A DNA stretch of 54,207 nucleotides from Octopus bimaculoides (lineage: Eukaryota). The DNA lies in NCBI RefSeq assembly GCF_001194135.2, contig NC_068990.1, positions 84,345,632-84,399,838 of the forward strand, read 5' to 3'. Position numbers and translations under genes: made by a program. Positions 25,249-39,165 of this stretch are shown here, piece after piece. A model generated the notes under the pieces. It saw only the letters and a list, made by a program, of their open reading frames with translations, searched no databases and had not been told where the DNA came from. Numbering within the stretch: position 1 is the first letter of the stretch; each line of letters begins with the position of its first letter.

Positions 25249-25489
25249 CTACGTTTCAGTAGGATAGACTAAGAAACGAACACGGCATTGGCTTGAGTTT
25301 GGTATTATAGTATGTTGAATTATGTGATCTATAATCTGTATATGTATAACATCTGCTTTGTCTCAGATAAGCGACCAATACTCTAATTTAAGCAACAACT
25401 CTGACAGGTGTGTGTGTGTGTGTGTTGTGTGTTGTGTGCGTGTGTGTGTATTGTGTGTGTGTGAGGTCATTTGTGAGGTCATTCATGGA

Positions 25490-26170
25490 TGTTACTGGTG
25501 ACATGGAATTGTGCAACCTGTTGCTTGATCGGATCGTTGGAGTCTAAGCCAGCATCCCAACTATGCTTTGCCTGGCGAGGTGGGTTGCTAGAAACCCAGC
25601 AGGACTAAAATCAAGACCTATCAAAAGGACGGTTGAACCTAGTATAGGTTCAACGACTATCTAGGAGTAGCGCGGGCCCTCAGGAATTCTGGTTTGGTGT
25701 CTGGCGTGCTGAAAGACCACTGGCAGTGAGGCACCCCTTAATTTTTGATAAAGCATGTCTCTTGGAGTCGGTCACATTGACATAAAACCAAATATGTAAG
25801 GAATGGCATTGAATATTTTGGATATTTATTACTTGGGCCTGATATCATGGCGCTCCCACATTCCTGATCCTGCAACCAATATTGGTATTCGATAACTTGT
25901 GTTGTCTTGACTCTGGGTCATGTCAGTAGAATGGAAAGGGTCTGTGAGGTGCTGTGCAAGTCTTACTGGACCCAAAATTTTGGGTGGTGCAATAGCCGGT
26001 GAGGAAACAAACCGATACCTGGTGGAGTAGGAGGGCCCCGCGGCGAGCATGGAAGCTGCGGGCGCGAAATCGAGCCAAGCCGACTGCTGGTGCAATAACC
26101 TCATGCACGGGCATTGCTGTCATTTTGCATGGGAAATGGTCAGTGATGGTCCTCCTTGGTCACGAGTCAA
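25490..26170 (+). mobile_element. Decayed RTE-like LINE fragment (5' UTR plus ORF remnant)
   Basis: KQTDTWWSRRAPRRAWK resembles the ETWWWN...KRxAWK linker between endonuclease and RT in RTE-type LINEs. Confidence 0.45.
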
Positions 26171-27620
26171 CAGCCATCATGTATGTATGCATGCATGCAT
26201 GCATACATGTGTGTAAATAATGTATTTATGTATACACACACACATATATACATGCATATATATTTGTATATGCATACACATATATACATATATATAGATA
26301 CATATATATAAATACACATATTTATATACATACATATATAAGTATATATATATATGCATACACACACCCACGCTTACATACACATGGGCACACATATTCA
26401 TACGTACACACACACATATACACATACCTCAGTAGATATTTGACACTAAATATTTTTCTGCTTATATTGTTTCTGAGATATCCCGCCCTTTTTTATAGCA
26501 TTCCATTAGGAATATTGATATTTTCAATCGGTTGAAGTTATATGGAGATTTTATTATTTGTTTTTCTTTTTTATTCAACAGAATTGAAACCGGATCGCTG
26601 ACGCAACATACTGAGAGTTCATTACCTTCTTTACTGACCACATGATGTAAATTGATACTAATAGTGGTGAATGGGAGAATCGGTATTGAGCAATATTAAC
26701 CAATGTATGGTAACTAATTACACCTCTTTATTTTTGCTCAGATGAAATATGTACTACAGTCAAACAAGGAAGTTTGTTTATTCGTCTACACAACTTGTAT
26801 ATTTTTACTTGGTTGATTTAACCTTTCAAAGCAAATCCTGATAACTAATAAATACAATGAAACTAGTCAGAACGATCCTGTTTCTTGGCTTTTGATAGCC
26901 GGCTGGTTAAATCACATTGCTATCAGGGGTAATTTCGCGGGGAGACTAAATATATGTTTAAATATTTTGATATGACACCAAATATTTTCACATAAGCTTT
27001 GATATTTGGGTACACAAATAATTAATGTCAGGCAGTCAACCGCGTATCATTGTGTAAAATGAGAAGTGTCATTCGTAGCTTTGCTTACATTTTCAAATGT
27101 GGATTTTCTTTACCGGCTCACGGTGTGTCAAAAGAGTAAAGAAAGTGCATTTTGATGAAGAATAAATTCGACGAAGCTAATTTAATTTCAGAGCGAGATT
27201 GGTTGAATTTTTTCATCATTGGTCGACAGTATTGCAGAGACAGTAACAACCATCTCTGCTGTGTCTTGGCTGTTTCTAGAAGCAAATACCTGGCCTAAAG
27301 TACACTTACCTCCTTCTCACTCATGCATCCACGTGGAGCAAAAAGACCAGCCAATACATTCGCAGCATCCATGGAACCGCTAGGAATGCCATATGTTGGT
27401 TAAGTATAGCCGTTCATATCTATGTTAAAGTCCCTCCCACCGGATTTTCTGTAGGGGTTTACTCCCTTACAGCGAGATTAAATATATATTTATGAAACCA
27501 ATATCATTCTGTATACAGACTTATTCTTAAAGTAATCAACAGAGTTCGAGAAAACACGCAGTGGTTTCCGTTGACAGTCAATGGATATAAAGAATATATT
27601 TATGTATAAAGACCACATAC

Positions 27621-27806
27621 CACTGTAGAGAAAGGTATTAGTGTGACCACCGATTACAATATCAACACCCTTCACTTCTTGTGCAATTTTCCTATCCATT
27701 TCAATTCCTGCGTGACCTAAAGCTATGATACGGTCGACACCTTCTTTCTGAAGTTCCTTCACCTGCTGTCTTACGCTTTCCACTTCATCCAAAAATACAA
27801 TTGGAT
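27621..27806 (-). CDS. NT5E: NT5E-like coding exon (exon 3 equivalent)
   Basis: Poly-T tract plus gtag acceptor, GTATGT donor, 186 nt. (D)PIVFLDEVESVRQQVKELQKEGVDRIIALGHAGIEMDRKIAQEVKGVDIVIGGHTNTFLYS; IIALGH and GGHTNT carry the metal-ligand histidines. Confidence 0.96.
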
Positions 27807-28449
27807 CTACAAAAAAAAAAGAAGAAAATATAAATAAAATTATTTAGTGAACAAATGAGGATTTCCAGCATAAATTTTAAAAAACCCTCGCAATTTAAGG
27901 AGAGACGAGAGGGTTGGTTAGCTTGACTCCTCTATTTGACTGGTACTTTATATTCATCATTCTGGAAAGGGCAGAATGCAAAGTATACTTTGATTCAATT
28001 CGAATTGAAAACGTAAAGGGACATATCAGGTCAATTCTATAATTAATTTGGTAAAATGAAACGAGAAGTCAATTCACCTGCAATAACAAACGAAATAGGA
28101 TTTAGTGGGAGGAGTATGGAAAAGAGAAGAAGTTACCACGGTTGTGATAGCTCAAACAACTGGGGAGGAGTGCACATCATCCCAGGAAATAACCTAGACA
28201 ATGTAAAAAAGAACTGGAAGAGCCCTAGGAATACGTAAAATACCACGTAATTGGTTCAAGTATTTGAAGCGTACATAGTGTTGGCAAAAATATTTAGAAA
28301 CTTACTGAAAGAACAGTAAAAGAGATTTCGTTACTTACTGAGGATGAAAACCATCTTAGTTCCTCTGACTAAGTAAATAGTAAGCCCTAGAAACTGAAGC
28401 TTTATTACAGTTTACAAAGCCTTGAAAGTTTGATACCACATGAGATAAT

Positions 28450-29194
28450 TAGATACCATGAAAAAAAAACATTTCCTGGAGAATAGGTATGTAACCAAGG
28501 GATCGAATGGGGGTCAGCGTGTGAAAGACCAGCTCACCCAAATGAACTGTTTGAAATACTTAGTCAGCGCCATAAACATGGTAAAACATGATATAGTTTT
28601 CACTGCAACTAGAAGTCTGCTGTTGCTAACGTTTGAGGCCTGATGTCGTAATTTGTATCGTAATCGAAGATTGAGAGGTGTGACTGAAGGGATGCGGACT
28701 GTCAAGTGTTTGCTTATAGAAATTGCCTGAACCTGGAGGAACGAGGTGATTTGAGACTGAAACTGACCAACATTCAACTTGATGTCAATTCCCTGATACA
28801 GGATCACCATGCTCGTACTTCACATTGATATTGTCCTCAATAAAAGATATTCCAGCAATATGATGCGTTTTTCACATTTTCTAACCGTGAAAACAATTTC
28901 ATAAAAATTGAAAGTTTAATACTGTATACTCGTACACGTAGTTTTAAATGTAAAATGTGAGCCATCTTCAATAGAATTTCTTAATTTGTCGTACATGTAA
29001 TTATTAGTTAACATTATAATTGCCAGCATCAGTACTCGGTACGCATTTAAGATATGGTAAGGTAAGGTAAGGTATTAAGGTATTTTAAATGAGGAGGGTG
29101 GTCGACGAAGAAGGAAAACTGGTTACAGGGGGTCGATGCGGAAGAAGAAGTGGCTAAAGGGGGTCGATGGTCGAAAAAGTTTGGCGACCCCTGC
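28450..29194 (+). mobile_element. 3' end of a decayed hAT (Buster/Charlie-like) transposon
   Basis: 28715-28828 encodes YRNCLNLEERGDLRLKLTNIQLDVNSLIQDHHARTSH*, a typical hAT C-terminus; hAT-like 3' TIR aaaagtttggcgacccctg near 29176-29194. Confidence 0.7.
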
Positions 29195-29494
29195 TGTAGA
29201 CTATAGATCTGCACTTCCTCACCGATCAAAAAAGATGAAAGATAAATTTGACCTCAGCAAGATTTGAGGTCAGAGAGCAGAGGTTTTCTATCTCGAGTCC
29301 TAACACCTCATTAACAGATCATTTATGCGTGTTATTGATGACGTGTAACTCGGTACGACGCAAAGTACAAGAATATATGTTTTTAACATACGATTTTTAC
29401 ATCAAGAATATTGCAAACTTCCACACACAAGCACACACGCACGCGCACACATAGATATATATATGTATATGAATGCATGTATGCGTGTGTATAC

Positions 29495-29760
29495 ATAACG
29501 TGGTCGACCAGAATATCGGATGTTGTTATACATCGTTAGTCACAATGCACTTTGCATCGTTTTAGCTTTTGAATGATGCTATCCCGCTGGTTAGGCAAGC
29601 AGACCAACATTCTCCCTGATCGGAAGACTAGTCCATCGCAGGGTTATCCATTTACACCTGCGTGGACTGGAGTAATGTGAAATGAAGTGTTTCGCCCGGT
29701 CCGGGAATCGAAGCCATGTTCTTGTGATTGTGAGTACAATTCCCCTAATCATTACGGCAT
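29495..29760 (-). mobile_element. tRNA-derived SINE family D (CORE-like)
   Basis: Reverse complement has B-box ttcgattcccggaccggg and ttcacattactccagtccacgcaggtgtaaatgg, related to the 34566 copy. Confidence 0.65.
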
Positions 29761-30639
29761 TAAGTTCGATGGTGCAAACAGAAATTGAATTCAATGCGTA
29801 AAAGTAAATACGCATTAAAAAAATTTAACTGCAAAGCTAGATAAGTGACTCAGGGGAGGAGAGTTTCACGCAATGTCATTACCAGGTTTGATAAGTGTAA
29901 CGCACGAAGTTCCTCGTCCTAGAGTATTTTACGTGGATTTTACAGCTAAATAATATGAGCGACTGTATGCATTGCATGTAGTTGGGCGCGCGCGTGTAGA
30001 ATAGCAGACGTACTAATTTGAGATTAAGTAAATAACAAAATAGAAGGCAAACATTTCAAATACAACATCGATTTCCGGAAACTTTGTTTCCAAAGCTTTT
30101 CCGAATTACCGATTTTTTTCTCCAAACTATGGATCAGCACACGCTAAATTAAGCAAATATTAAATTTACTTAAATAATTAAGTGACATACAAGTGACTGT
30201 ACTTTAGTATAAATGATACAAGTTTGTTAATATTGTACAGTGCACAAATAAACTAGTCTGGCGGCCGCAGGTATTTGAAATTCCTGGTCGTAAATTAGTG
30301 TGGATTATAAGAGGTTCCGGACAATTGGTGTCCAGAAAGTTGCTGTTGCACCTGTACCTTATTTAAACTGAGACCTACGCAACTCACAGTGACGTAATCG
30401 GTTGATACGTAGTTCGATGTCAGTCAATAGTCTTGTCATTTAAGGTAATAAATTAGTTGTAATAATATTCTATATGAAAGAGGTAGGCGTTTTACAGAAT
30501 TAGTAGAGCGTCTAAATTAATGGTCTATTGCATTTTGTTATGCTTTTTACATTATGAATTCAAGTCCCGCCGTTGTCAACTTGTGTTCCAGCCAAACGTT
30601 CGGTTTCAACTTTTGGCAAAAGGCCATCGATTCTTGAAG

Positions 30640-30820
30640 AGAAGGGTAAAATGATTACATCGACCACAGTCCTTGACTATACTTTACTTTATCGACCCTG
30701 AAGAGATGAAAAATAAAGTTGACTCTTATAGGATTTGAACTTAGAATGCAAAAAAGCCAGAAGAAATGCTGCTAAGCATTTCGACCGACACGCTAACGAT
30801 TCTGCAAGCTCGCCGCCTTG
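30640..30820 (-). mobile_element. SINE A, diverged
   Basis: ttatcgaccctgaagagatgaaa...gctaacgattctgcaagctcgccgcc. Confidence 0.75.
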
Positions 30821-31077
30821 TAGCAGTCAAATATTGACTTGTGTTTGCATCCATATTGTTTATTATGAGTCTGATGTATTAGCATAAACATCAAACATCA
30901 AACGTATTTTGTTCATGTTCTTGGGATTAATTCTTTTCGCTAGCATCGAATTGTGCTCAAGCAGAAATAGTTTGTTCTACCTGTATGAAGTGGCTGATGA
31001 GTCATCAGTGAAGCAAGTGAAATATTTGCGGAGAACAGAAACACTGCTAAGTAGCAGTTAAACATTTGCACAAGGAA

Positions 31078-31108
<31 letters not shown>

Positions 31109-31160
31109 CTTCTTCTTCTTCTTCTTCTTCTTCTTCTTCTTCTTCTTCTTCTTTCTTTCT
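31078..31160. repeat. (CTT)n microsatellite
   Basis: Directly visible. Confidence 0.95.
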
Positions 31161-31835
31161 TTCTTTCTCTCTCCCCCTCTTTACCTCTCTCTTTTTTTCT
31201 CATTCTTCATTCTATCTAATACAAAGGTCCTAGTTTTGGTACACCGATTTGGCCTGAGAATTACACTCAGACCACACAAGTCTGTGGAATACTCTACCGC
31301 TGGAATTCTATTGATCGAACACCTAAATGTTCATAGCCAAAAGCGACGGAGAACCCACCAAAGTTATCTGAAATAGTTTAGTCTTAACAAGGAAGAGGTC
31401 ATTGTATCGTATGTTTCGCAGGGGCTTGGGAGACAATCGAATTAATTGTTTGATACATAAAAACAGAAGAAATGAATATTTAACTCGAAGCTAGAGGTTC
31501 ACTCATTAATGCTAGCTAACGGCATGCAATGTCTGTGGCATCCACCAGTAAGATGCGACACCTTAGTAAGACATTTTATTTCTTTACTTATCTGTAGGGT
31601 AGTTTGTAAGAGCCGTAGTGTTTTAATTTAAACTCTTTGGATGTCATTCCCTCACATGCATGCAAACACACACACGCGTGCACTATCTCTCTCTTAACTT
31701 GCCTAGCTCTGTTAAACTTAAAATTCTACGTTAGTACAATGAAATTAGTAAAAGCAATCGTATGAGCGGGGAAAAAGCAACAACATGAACTAGTAAATTT
31801 GAAAAAAATATTCAAAGGACAGAATATAACTTCAC

Positions 31836-32046
31836 CCGGTTTAGAAATAACTGCAGTGGTAACGGTGATGTATCCGACGATTCCAACCTGATATCCTCCA
31901 ACGTCTAACTTGATTCGTTTAACTACTGGTTGCATTTCATCGATTCCAGTCACGTTTATATTGGCACATACAACAGGGAAAGTTACGTTTTTCAAAAATG
32001 TTGCAAGTCCACTTATTTTACCATCAAATTCGTGGTTACCAAGACA
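31836..32046 (-). CDS. NT5E: Ecto-5'-nucleotidase (CD73-like), most 5' coding exon found (equivalent to vertebrate exon 2)
   Basis: ttctag acceptor, GTGAAG donor, 211 nt, phase 0 to 1. Translates CLGNHEFDGKISGLATFLKNVTFPVVCANINVTGIDEMQPVVKRIKLDVGGYQVGIVGYITVTTAVISKP; contains the GNHEFD metallophosphoesterase motif. Confidence 0.95.
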
Positions 32047-33216
32047 CTAGAAGGAAAGAATAGGGCAAAATATGAGTAAACATTTATGTATCTGATGCAT
32101 TAGACTGGTAAATGAAGTCATGACTTCAAAGTTAAGGGATTAGCAAAGAAGGAAGAAGAATGCTGAAAAATGTAAGTTATGGTACTCATATTCTTTTAAA
32201 GGATGTTAGTTGGCGAGAGTATCGTCAAATGGCTACAACTTTGTCTTGTTATTTATTAAAATTCCACTTAATCCAAGAATGCAGGACAGGAATAGTATAT
32301 CGGCCTCTCCCCCNNNNNNNNNNNNNNNNNNNNNNNNNNNNNNNNNNNNNNNNNNNNNNNNNNNNNNNNNNNNNNNNNNNNNNNNNNNNNNNNNNNNNNN
32401 NNNNNNNNNNNNNNNNNNNNNNNNNNNNNNNNNNNNNNNNNNNNNNNNNNNNNNNNNNNNNNNNNNNNNNNNNNNNNNNNNNNNNNNNNNNNNNNNNNNN
32501 NNNNNNNNNNNNNNNNNNNNNNNNNNNNNNNNNNNNNNNNNNNNNNNNNNNNNNNNNNNNNNNNNNNNNNNNNNNNNNNNNNNNNNNNNNNNNNNNNNNN
32601 NNNNNNNNNNNNNNNNNNNNNNNNNNNNNNNNNNNNNNNNNNNNNNNNNNNNNNNNNNNNNNNNNNNNNNNNNNNNNNNNNNNNNNNNNNNNNNNNNNNN
32701 NNNNNNNNNNNNNNNNNNNNNNNNNNNNNNNNNNNNNNNNNNNNNNNNNNNNNNNNNNNNNNNNNNNNNNNNNNNNNNNNNNNNNNNNNNNNNNNNNNNN
32801 NNNNNNNNNNNNNNNNNNNNNNNNNNNNNNGGAGGAGGAGGAGGAGGAGGAATTACAATTTCAAAAATGAAGGTTTACAGAGAATTGATTATGAAAATAA
32901 ATAAATAAATGCTCATACGGAAAACAAGCTTACACAAAACTTGATTATATGAAATGGCTACCCAGAGCCAGTCAAAGAATACCTCTAATCTGAGATTATT
33001 TTGACATGAAAGAGCGATTCCCCTCTCCCAGCTATATTTTACGGCCCACTGATCAGGTAAAGAGTGGGCACATTCAACCATTACACCTTTTCTTTCTGTG
33101 ATTTACTGGTGGGCCATATCTTTGGACAAATCATATTGATATTATTGGTAAAGACACAAGACATGGAACCAAAGATATACCATGTCATAATAAGACATAT
33201 CATAATAAGACGGTCA

Positions 33217-34030
33217 TCATTTGGATGCTAAAGCGTGTTTTCCGGAGATCCTTGTTTCACTAATGGCAGCCACATCTAAATCAAGCGACCTGAGATTATT
33301 GAACAAGTGACCTTGCTTCCAAGCTTCTCCCAGGCCACGCCCATTCACACACCCCATTTTCAGCACAGTCACTCTAGTCGGAGAAGCAAAAAAGAGGAGG
33401 TTTCTCACCTTAATTTTCGAGAAGCCCGGAAATTCCGGGCCCCTCTACTGGCGAAAAATATTTTAAAGGCCCTTTCAACAGCCTTTTATCTACTGATTTT
33501 TTTTAAAAATCCCTACACTACACGGGAATTTTTCTCTTATAGTTTTATAAACGTCTGGCGACGTTTTAATTAGAAATCTATCCTTCGGGGTTTTGAGGAC
33601 GAAATCCTCAAATTCCTTTCCCCCTGTTTCTATTTTGTTTTTGTTTTGACTTACAAAATCCATCAATTCACTGTTACACTTGTTCACAACAGTGAAATTA
33701 ATATTTCGCTTACAGTCTGATGAATAACTCTTGTTTTTGAAATTCCATAATTGGTTGTTTCTGTGTTTCTGTGATTTCATGCTGTTGATGGTGTTACCGT
33801 TTTTGAAGTTGTTGTTCTTGTTCTTGTTATTTTTGTTAGAGTGGTTGTGAATTGTGTTGCATTATATTGATCGTTCAACTCTTCTTTCGTTGTGTCATTG
33901 CAGTTGACGTTGGTGTGGGGAGTCGAGCATTGCTTTTCCGTGACAACCCGGTTAGACTCCTCCTTAGACTTGGTTTGGAAATGGGTGTGTGCGTGAGTGT
34001 GGGAGTCATGATTTTGCATTTGTGGTGTTT
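33217..34030 (-). mobile_element. L1/Tx1-like LINE fragment: putative ORF1 end and start of the APE endonuclease
   Basis: LKMGCVNGRGLGEAWKQGHLFNNLRSLDLDVAAISETR matches the APE N-terminus (LxIxxxNVRGL...DxxxxQET). The ORF1 assignment of the upstream ORFs is positional inference only. Confidence 0.6.
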
Positions 34031-34565
34031 GTAGTGTTGGCAGCAGTGGGAGTTTAGTTTTTCTTGTTTCAGGACAGAAAATCTTTATTTGTTTTCTTTA
34101 TGTCACCTGGTATAATTTAACACCTGATATTTTGCCGATTGGTGCATTTTATTGCTTAGACGTTCATTTGTGACAATAATCATTGTTCCATACAGTATTG
34201 CTGCTACTGCTGCTGCTGCTGCTGCTTCTGCAACTTTACTATTGTCACCACTGCACACTTATTGTTTGTGCCTCCTCCCAGAATAAACATGTCGCTCTTT
34301 CTTTGAGTTACAAAAATAAACAACAGAAGTATATGAAATGTATTGCTCGTGGGAAATGTCTGACAGCAGATCGCTACGAAAAATGGCTACAATTTATGTA
34401 AACAAATGCTTACAAAGCATTTTATACATATATATATACATACACATATGCGTGCGCGCGCGCACAAATATATGTGTGCGCGTGTGTGTTTCCTTGTGTA
34501 TGTTTGTTTGTATGTGTGTAACTACATAAAAAATACAAATTTATACATACGAACAGATACATGTT

Positions 34566-34820
34566 TAGGCTCAATGGTTAGAGCGTCGGGCTCACAATCA
34601 TGAGATAGTGAGTTCGATTTCCGGACCGGGCTGCGTGTTGTGTTCTTGAGCAAAACACTTTACTTCACGTTGCTCCAGTTCACTCAGCTGTAGAAGTGAG
34701 TTGCGGCGTCGTTGTATCCCTTGGATAACATCGGTGGCGCGGAGAGGGGAGGCTGGTATGCACGTGCGACTGCTTCCATAAACAACTTTGCCCGGACTTG
34801 TGCATCGGAGAGTAACTTTC
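34566..34820 (+). mobile_element. SINE family D
   Basis: ggctcaatggttagagcgtcgg (A box), gagttcgatttcc (B box), ttgagcaaaacactttacttcacgttgctccagttcactcagctgta core. Confidence 0.8.
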
Positions 34821-35029
34821 GATGGTCAGGCAAGAATAAATAAGGGAGGTGAAGTCCATTCATCTCAGTCTGACATTATATTTCCTTCTATTTATGAATG
34901 AGACTGGCCACCTACTCCTAATTTTGTCCGTTACTTTATGTTTAATTCTAAAACAACACCCCTAGCAACTTAACAAAACATTTATCCCAGCGATCCACGC
35001 TTCTAGCTAGTGTAGACTTGCCTCTGAAG

Positions 35030-35230
35030 CTTCCAACTTGGTCTGGTTCATGTGCTCCCCTATCACCTCATGTCTCTTCAGTATATTAGTGACTACCTCT
35101 ATTTCCGTGGTGTCCGCCACCATTATAGTCATGTTGTACGGATATGCTAACACAATTTTCCTGCAATAATGTGGCGGACATCTTAATATTCCGATGTCTT
35201 TATTTAGTGAAAGAAGCTGAAAAATATTTT
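35030..35230 (-). mobile_element. Decayed LINE RT fragment (YADD region)
   Basis: VLAYPYNMTIMVADTTEIEVVTNILKRHEVIG resembles xSAYADDITIxVxD...YExVTGAKIN of L1/Tx1-like RTs. Confidence 0.5.
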
Positions 35231-36234
35231 TTCTCATTAAATAACACCGAAACAAATCACTTTCTAAGCGGAAGTTCTGTAAATGTGCGCTGACGAAAGG
35301 GCCAATATCATTAAAGAGAAAACACGAAATAGAACACTTAAAGGCGGGTTTTATATTGTATAAAAGGGATCAACGAAAATACAACAAAAAAAGTTGACAA
35401 GGAACGCTATCCAATATCAGAGAAGATTACCTAGACTAAATGAGGAGAAACCCAGCTGGTGAATTTCAGTAGGAGCTTGGCAATATTCTAGATGCCAAAT
35501 GTCCAACATCGTTCTTCGCTTGACCAAAAATTGCAGCTCAGTCGAAGAGAGGAGCTGTGGAAAGACGTGCCGCACGAAAGGCACCCACGTTGTTTGTCCG
35601 CGTTTTCGTCGCCGTCATCACCGTTACAATGATCCAGATATTTCTGCTGGTGCATTAGCTACATCATCAGTGATGGTATCTCGAGTGGATGCCGGGAGGA
35701 AACAGACTTCCAAGCCAGTGGAACTTACCCTTTCGTAAAGAGCAGAGAAGCATTATACCCGAACTTTTATACGGGCTAAAGTAGAAGTATCCAAAAGATA
35801 TAGGATTTCTTCTGTCTCATTTGTAAACGATTATAACTAGCGCTTTTGAGTTCACCAAATTTGAATGTAAACAGTGGCAAGTTGGCAGACACGGGATGTT
35901 CTAAGTGAACCTGACTAGTGGAACTGCACCTTATATGAATGTAACAACTTCGAGACCCTAAATGAGTTTTTCTTTGTTTTATATGCTATTTGTAATTATT
36001 GTGTGTTTTTTTACAACCTTTTAATATTTTGTTATCATTTGACTGTTTTTATAAATTTCTGAACTGGTCTCCACATCTATTATTTAACATCTCATACCTT
36101 TCCCCTCGTTTCTATACAACTTGCTTGTCCTACTTCACATGTTTTTATAAGCATGTTTTTAACATTTCATATCCTGTATGCTTGAATAAAATTGAATAAA
36201 ATTGTCCTCGCTGGTAAAATAAACGAAATTATTA

Positions 36235-36480
36235 ATTTTTTGTATTTTTTCTCTTTATTTGTTGCGTACTTTCTCTAAGCATTTCTTTTTGTCTTGGCTG
36301 TGCGCAGCGTTTTGGTTTGGCTTTTGTATTTTCTTTTGCACTGAAAGTGGTCCTTGCAATGTATATGGTGCCTGGTAATTCCACTTTCTCGATGACATGC
36401 ATATTTGTATTTCCCGTGATTTTGTTTGTGTATTTGTGAGGATATTTTTAAATATTCCAAAGGCACCTATTATCATTATG
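36235..36480 (-). mobile_element. 3' end of an R4/Dong-like LINE
   Basis: IIGAFGI...; DNA similar to 13575-13790 (ataaaaaaatattcagacaaatac-like, ggcac..tacacat). Confidence 0.65.
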
Positions 36481-36607
36481 AGATTATTTCTATCAGTCTC
36501 TACATTCTATCACTTCATATTTATTATATTTGGATATTTTTTCTCCTTTCTTTTAGTGATGCATTAATCGACATTTAGGGAGCGATAATTCGATTAAGGT
36601 GTATTTT

Positions 36608-37088
36608 TAAGGCGGCGAGCTGGCAGAAACGTTAGCACGCCGGGCGAAATGCTTAGCGGTATTTCATCTGTCTTTGTTCTGAGTTCAAATTCCGCCGAGG
36701 TCGACTTTGTTTTCATCGTTTCGGGGTCAATAAATTAAGTACCAGTTGCGTACTGAGGTTGATCTAATCGACTGGCCCCCTTCCTCAAAATTTCAGGCCT
36801 TGTGCCTAGAGTAGAAAAGATTAATGTGCATTTCTTTTTCCTGATGGTCTTTGACAACGCTATCTGAGAGATTACAGGCGGTGAGCTAACAGTATCGTTA
36901 GCATGCCGGGCAAAATACTTCGTGACATTTCTTCCGGATTTTTGTTCTGAGTTCAAATTCCGTCGAGGTCCACTTTGCCTTGCATACTTTCGGGGTCGAT
37001 GAAAGAAAGACCAGCTGAACGGGGTCGATGCAATCGACTATACCCCTTGCCACATTTCAGGTCTTGTACATACAGTAGAAAAGATTAT
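36608..37088 (+). mobile_element. Two SINE A copies in tandem
   Basis: Heads at about 36608 and about 36874. Confidence 0.85.
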
Positions 37089-38791
37089 TTAAGAGATTAT
37101 CTTTAATCTTCCAGTTTGTGCAGAATGGCATATAATGAATTATAGTCGCTTTGTCATTCATTGATACTTTTTCTCTTTCCTCATCAGTGACCACCTAGTA
37201 ATGTAATTTGACTCACTTTAATTTCTAGAGCGAAACTGATACAGTTGCTAAAATGTACAGCAAAATATACTGAAACTTCCAGAAAAAAATTAAACTACTT
37301 GAACAACAAACTGCTTTTAAGAACCTAAAAGTACTAGAGTGAGACCAACTGAAATGACAAGGATTCGTATCGATTATCAGAACCTGACTTCTAGTCAAAT
37401 ATCTCAAAATTGCTGTGTAATATGTTTATTACTAAAAACATGACAGTTCTTATAAATACATTCAACACTCAGTTGTATAATCAGCTGGAAACTGTGAAAT
37501 CTAGTAACTGGAATCAAGAACTACGAAGATATCCAGAGTTCAATATTTAAGGCTAGACCAGCCATACTTTAACACAAAGTATTTTACTTTAACATATAGA
37601 AGGAGTGCAAATGAAATCGAACTACAAGACAGTCATTGGTGAACTAGAGATTCGCCAAAAATAGACAGTGAACAAGCTTCAAAATACAGACTACATGCAC
37701 GACAATATTAAACAGTTCTATTTTGTACAGAGACAAAAATACAATGGAGGATGGCGCCTCTGAATTTTTGTCATATCTATGTTTTATATATATATATTTT
37801 AAATGAAAACGTTTGATTCCTACTCATATACTATATTGTACAGTTAGTTGGTGTTTCCGTTGGTGGTGAAATATTAATATATTATTAATTATTGAGCTAA
37901 TATTTTCTGTACCCATTGCCTAAGTATTTACAAATAAATTATTGTTGCTTACTAAAAACTCACTAACAGCATTATGTTAAAACTAACCTAGGAATTTAAA
38001 CTGGCCATAACGGGCCAAAATAGTCTACTTGTTTTATGTTCAAACCGGCCAGATCTGGCCTCCTCACACCTACCCTAAATTGTGTTTCTAAAAATAAGCA
38101 ATTACATCATCGAAATCTCAAATGATTCAAAACAATGTCAATAAATGATCATTGCATTTGACAGAGTATTCTGAATGCTAAAGGATTAAACATATTGATA
38201 GATAATTGATTTCATCGATCTAAATTTTAAAATGAGCAAAAATGTCCTAACGCAAAAAACTTAGAGGCATAAACTTAGAAAACTTAGAAATAGCAACTAA
38301 ACGTCCCTTCAGATCATATATTTCTGCTTCAAAAAGAGGGAAGATAGATTGAATAATGTGATATTAGATACATTGTGACTGAAAGTAAGAAGGGATGTTT
38401 ATGGTTGGAACACCTTTGAATATCGGTCTTCCATTTATGTGCTGATTCGAGACTAAATAATGACTGCAACACCAACAACCAACCAACAAACGATTGTTTA
38501 AAGAAGGCACTTTCTCTAGGAAGTGTTGCCTGAGAAAATATAAAAGCTTCTTTTGATATAATCACTACCCAGTCAGAGTTCGAGGTAGAAATATAATGCA
38601 ACACCAAATAGCACAAGTAATGTTAGTAAACACAAAACGCTGCACCTGTAGACAACATGACAAGTTATTTAAGTGTGTACAGGAATATTCGGTACCGTCT
38701 ACTGTTACATATTTGTTGAGTAACTCCAGAGTAATTGAAATTTTATATTGGAAAATATCTAAGTATTACTATATGCCTAGTATCAGTTCTA

Positions 38792-39165
38792 AGGCGCAAT
38801 GGCCCAGTGGTTAGGGCAGCGGACTCGCGGTCATAGGATCGCGATTTCGATTCCCAGAGCGGGCGTTGTGAGTGTTTATTGAGCGAAAACACTTAAAGTT
38901 CCACGAAGCTCCGGCAGGGGATGGTGGCGAACCCTGCTGTACCCTTCCACCACAACTTTCTCTTACTTCCTGTTTCTGTTGTGCATGTAATTCAAAGGGT
39001 CAGCCTTGTCAAACTGTGTCACGCTGAATATCTCCGAGAACTACGTAAAGGGTACACGTGTCTGTGGGGTGCTCAGCCACTTGTTTTTAATTTCACGAGC
39101 AGGCTGTTCCGTTGATCGGATCAACTGGAACTCTCGACGTCGTAAGCGACGGAGTGCCAACAACA
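38792..39165 (+). mobile_element. SINE family B, full length
   Basis: tRNA-like head with A box tggcccagtgg and B box tttcgattcc; ends gacggagtgccaacaaca. Confidence 0.9.

Noticed and set aside
29800-30420. AP-1- and CRE-like sites and a NotI site in intron 2 as a possible enhancer
   Set aside because: Short motifs are expected by chance and no conservation or chromatin data are available.
33714-33745. CTGATGA...GAAA hammerhead-like spacing on the + strand
   Set aside because: Stem II is mismatched, there are no stems I or III, and it lies antisense within a LINE remnant.
38792-38865. tRNA-like sequence with A and B boxes (also at 34566, 43678 and SINE A heads)
   Set aside because: Continues into SINE bodies and lacks a full cloverleaf; not tRNA genes.
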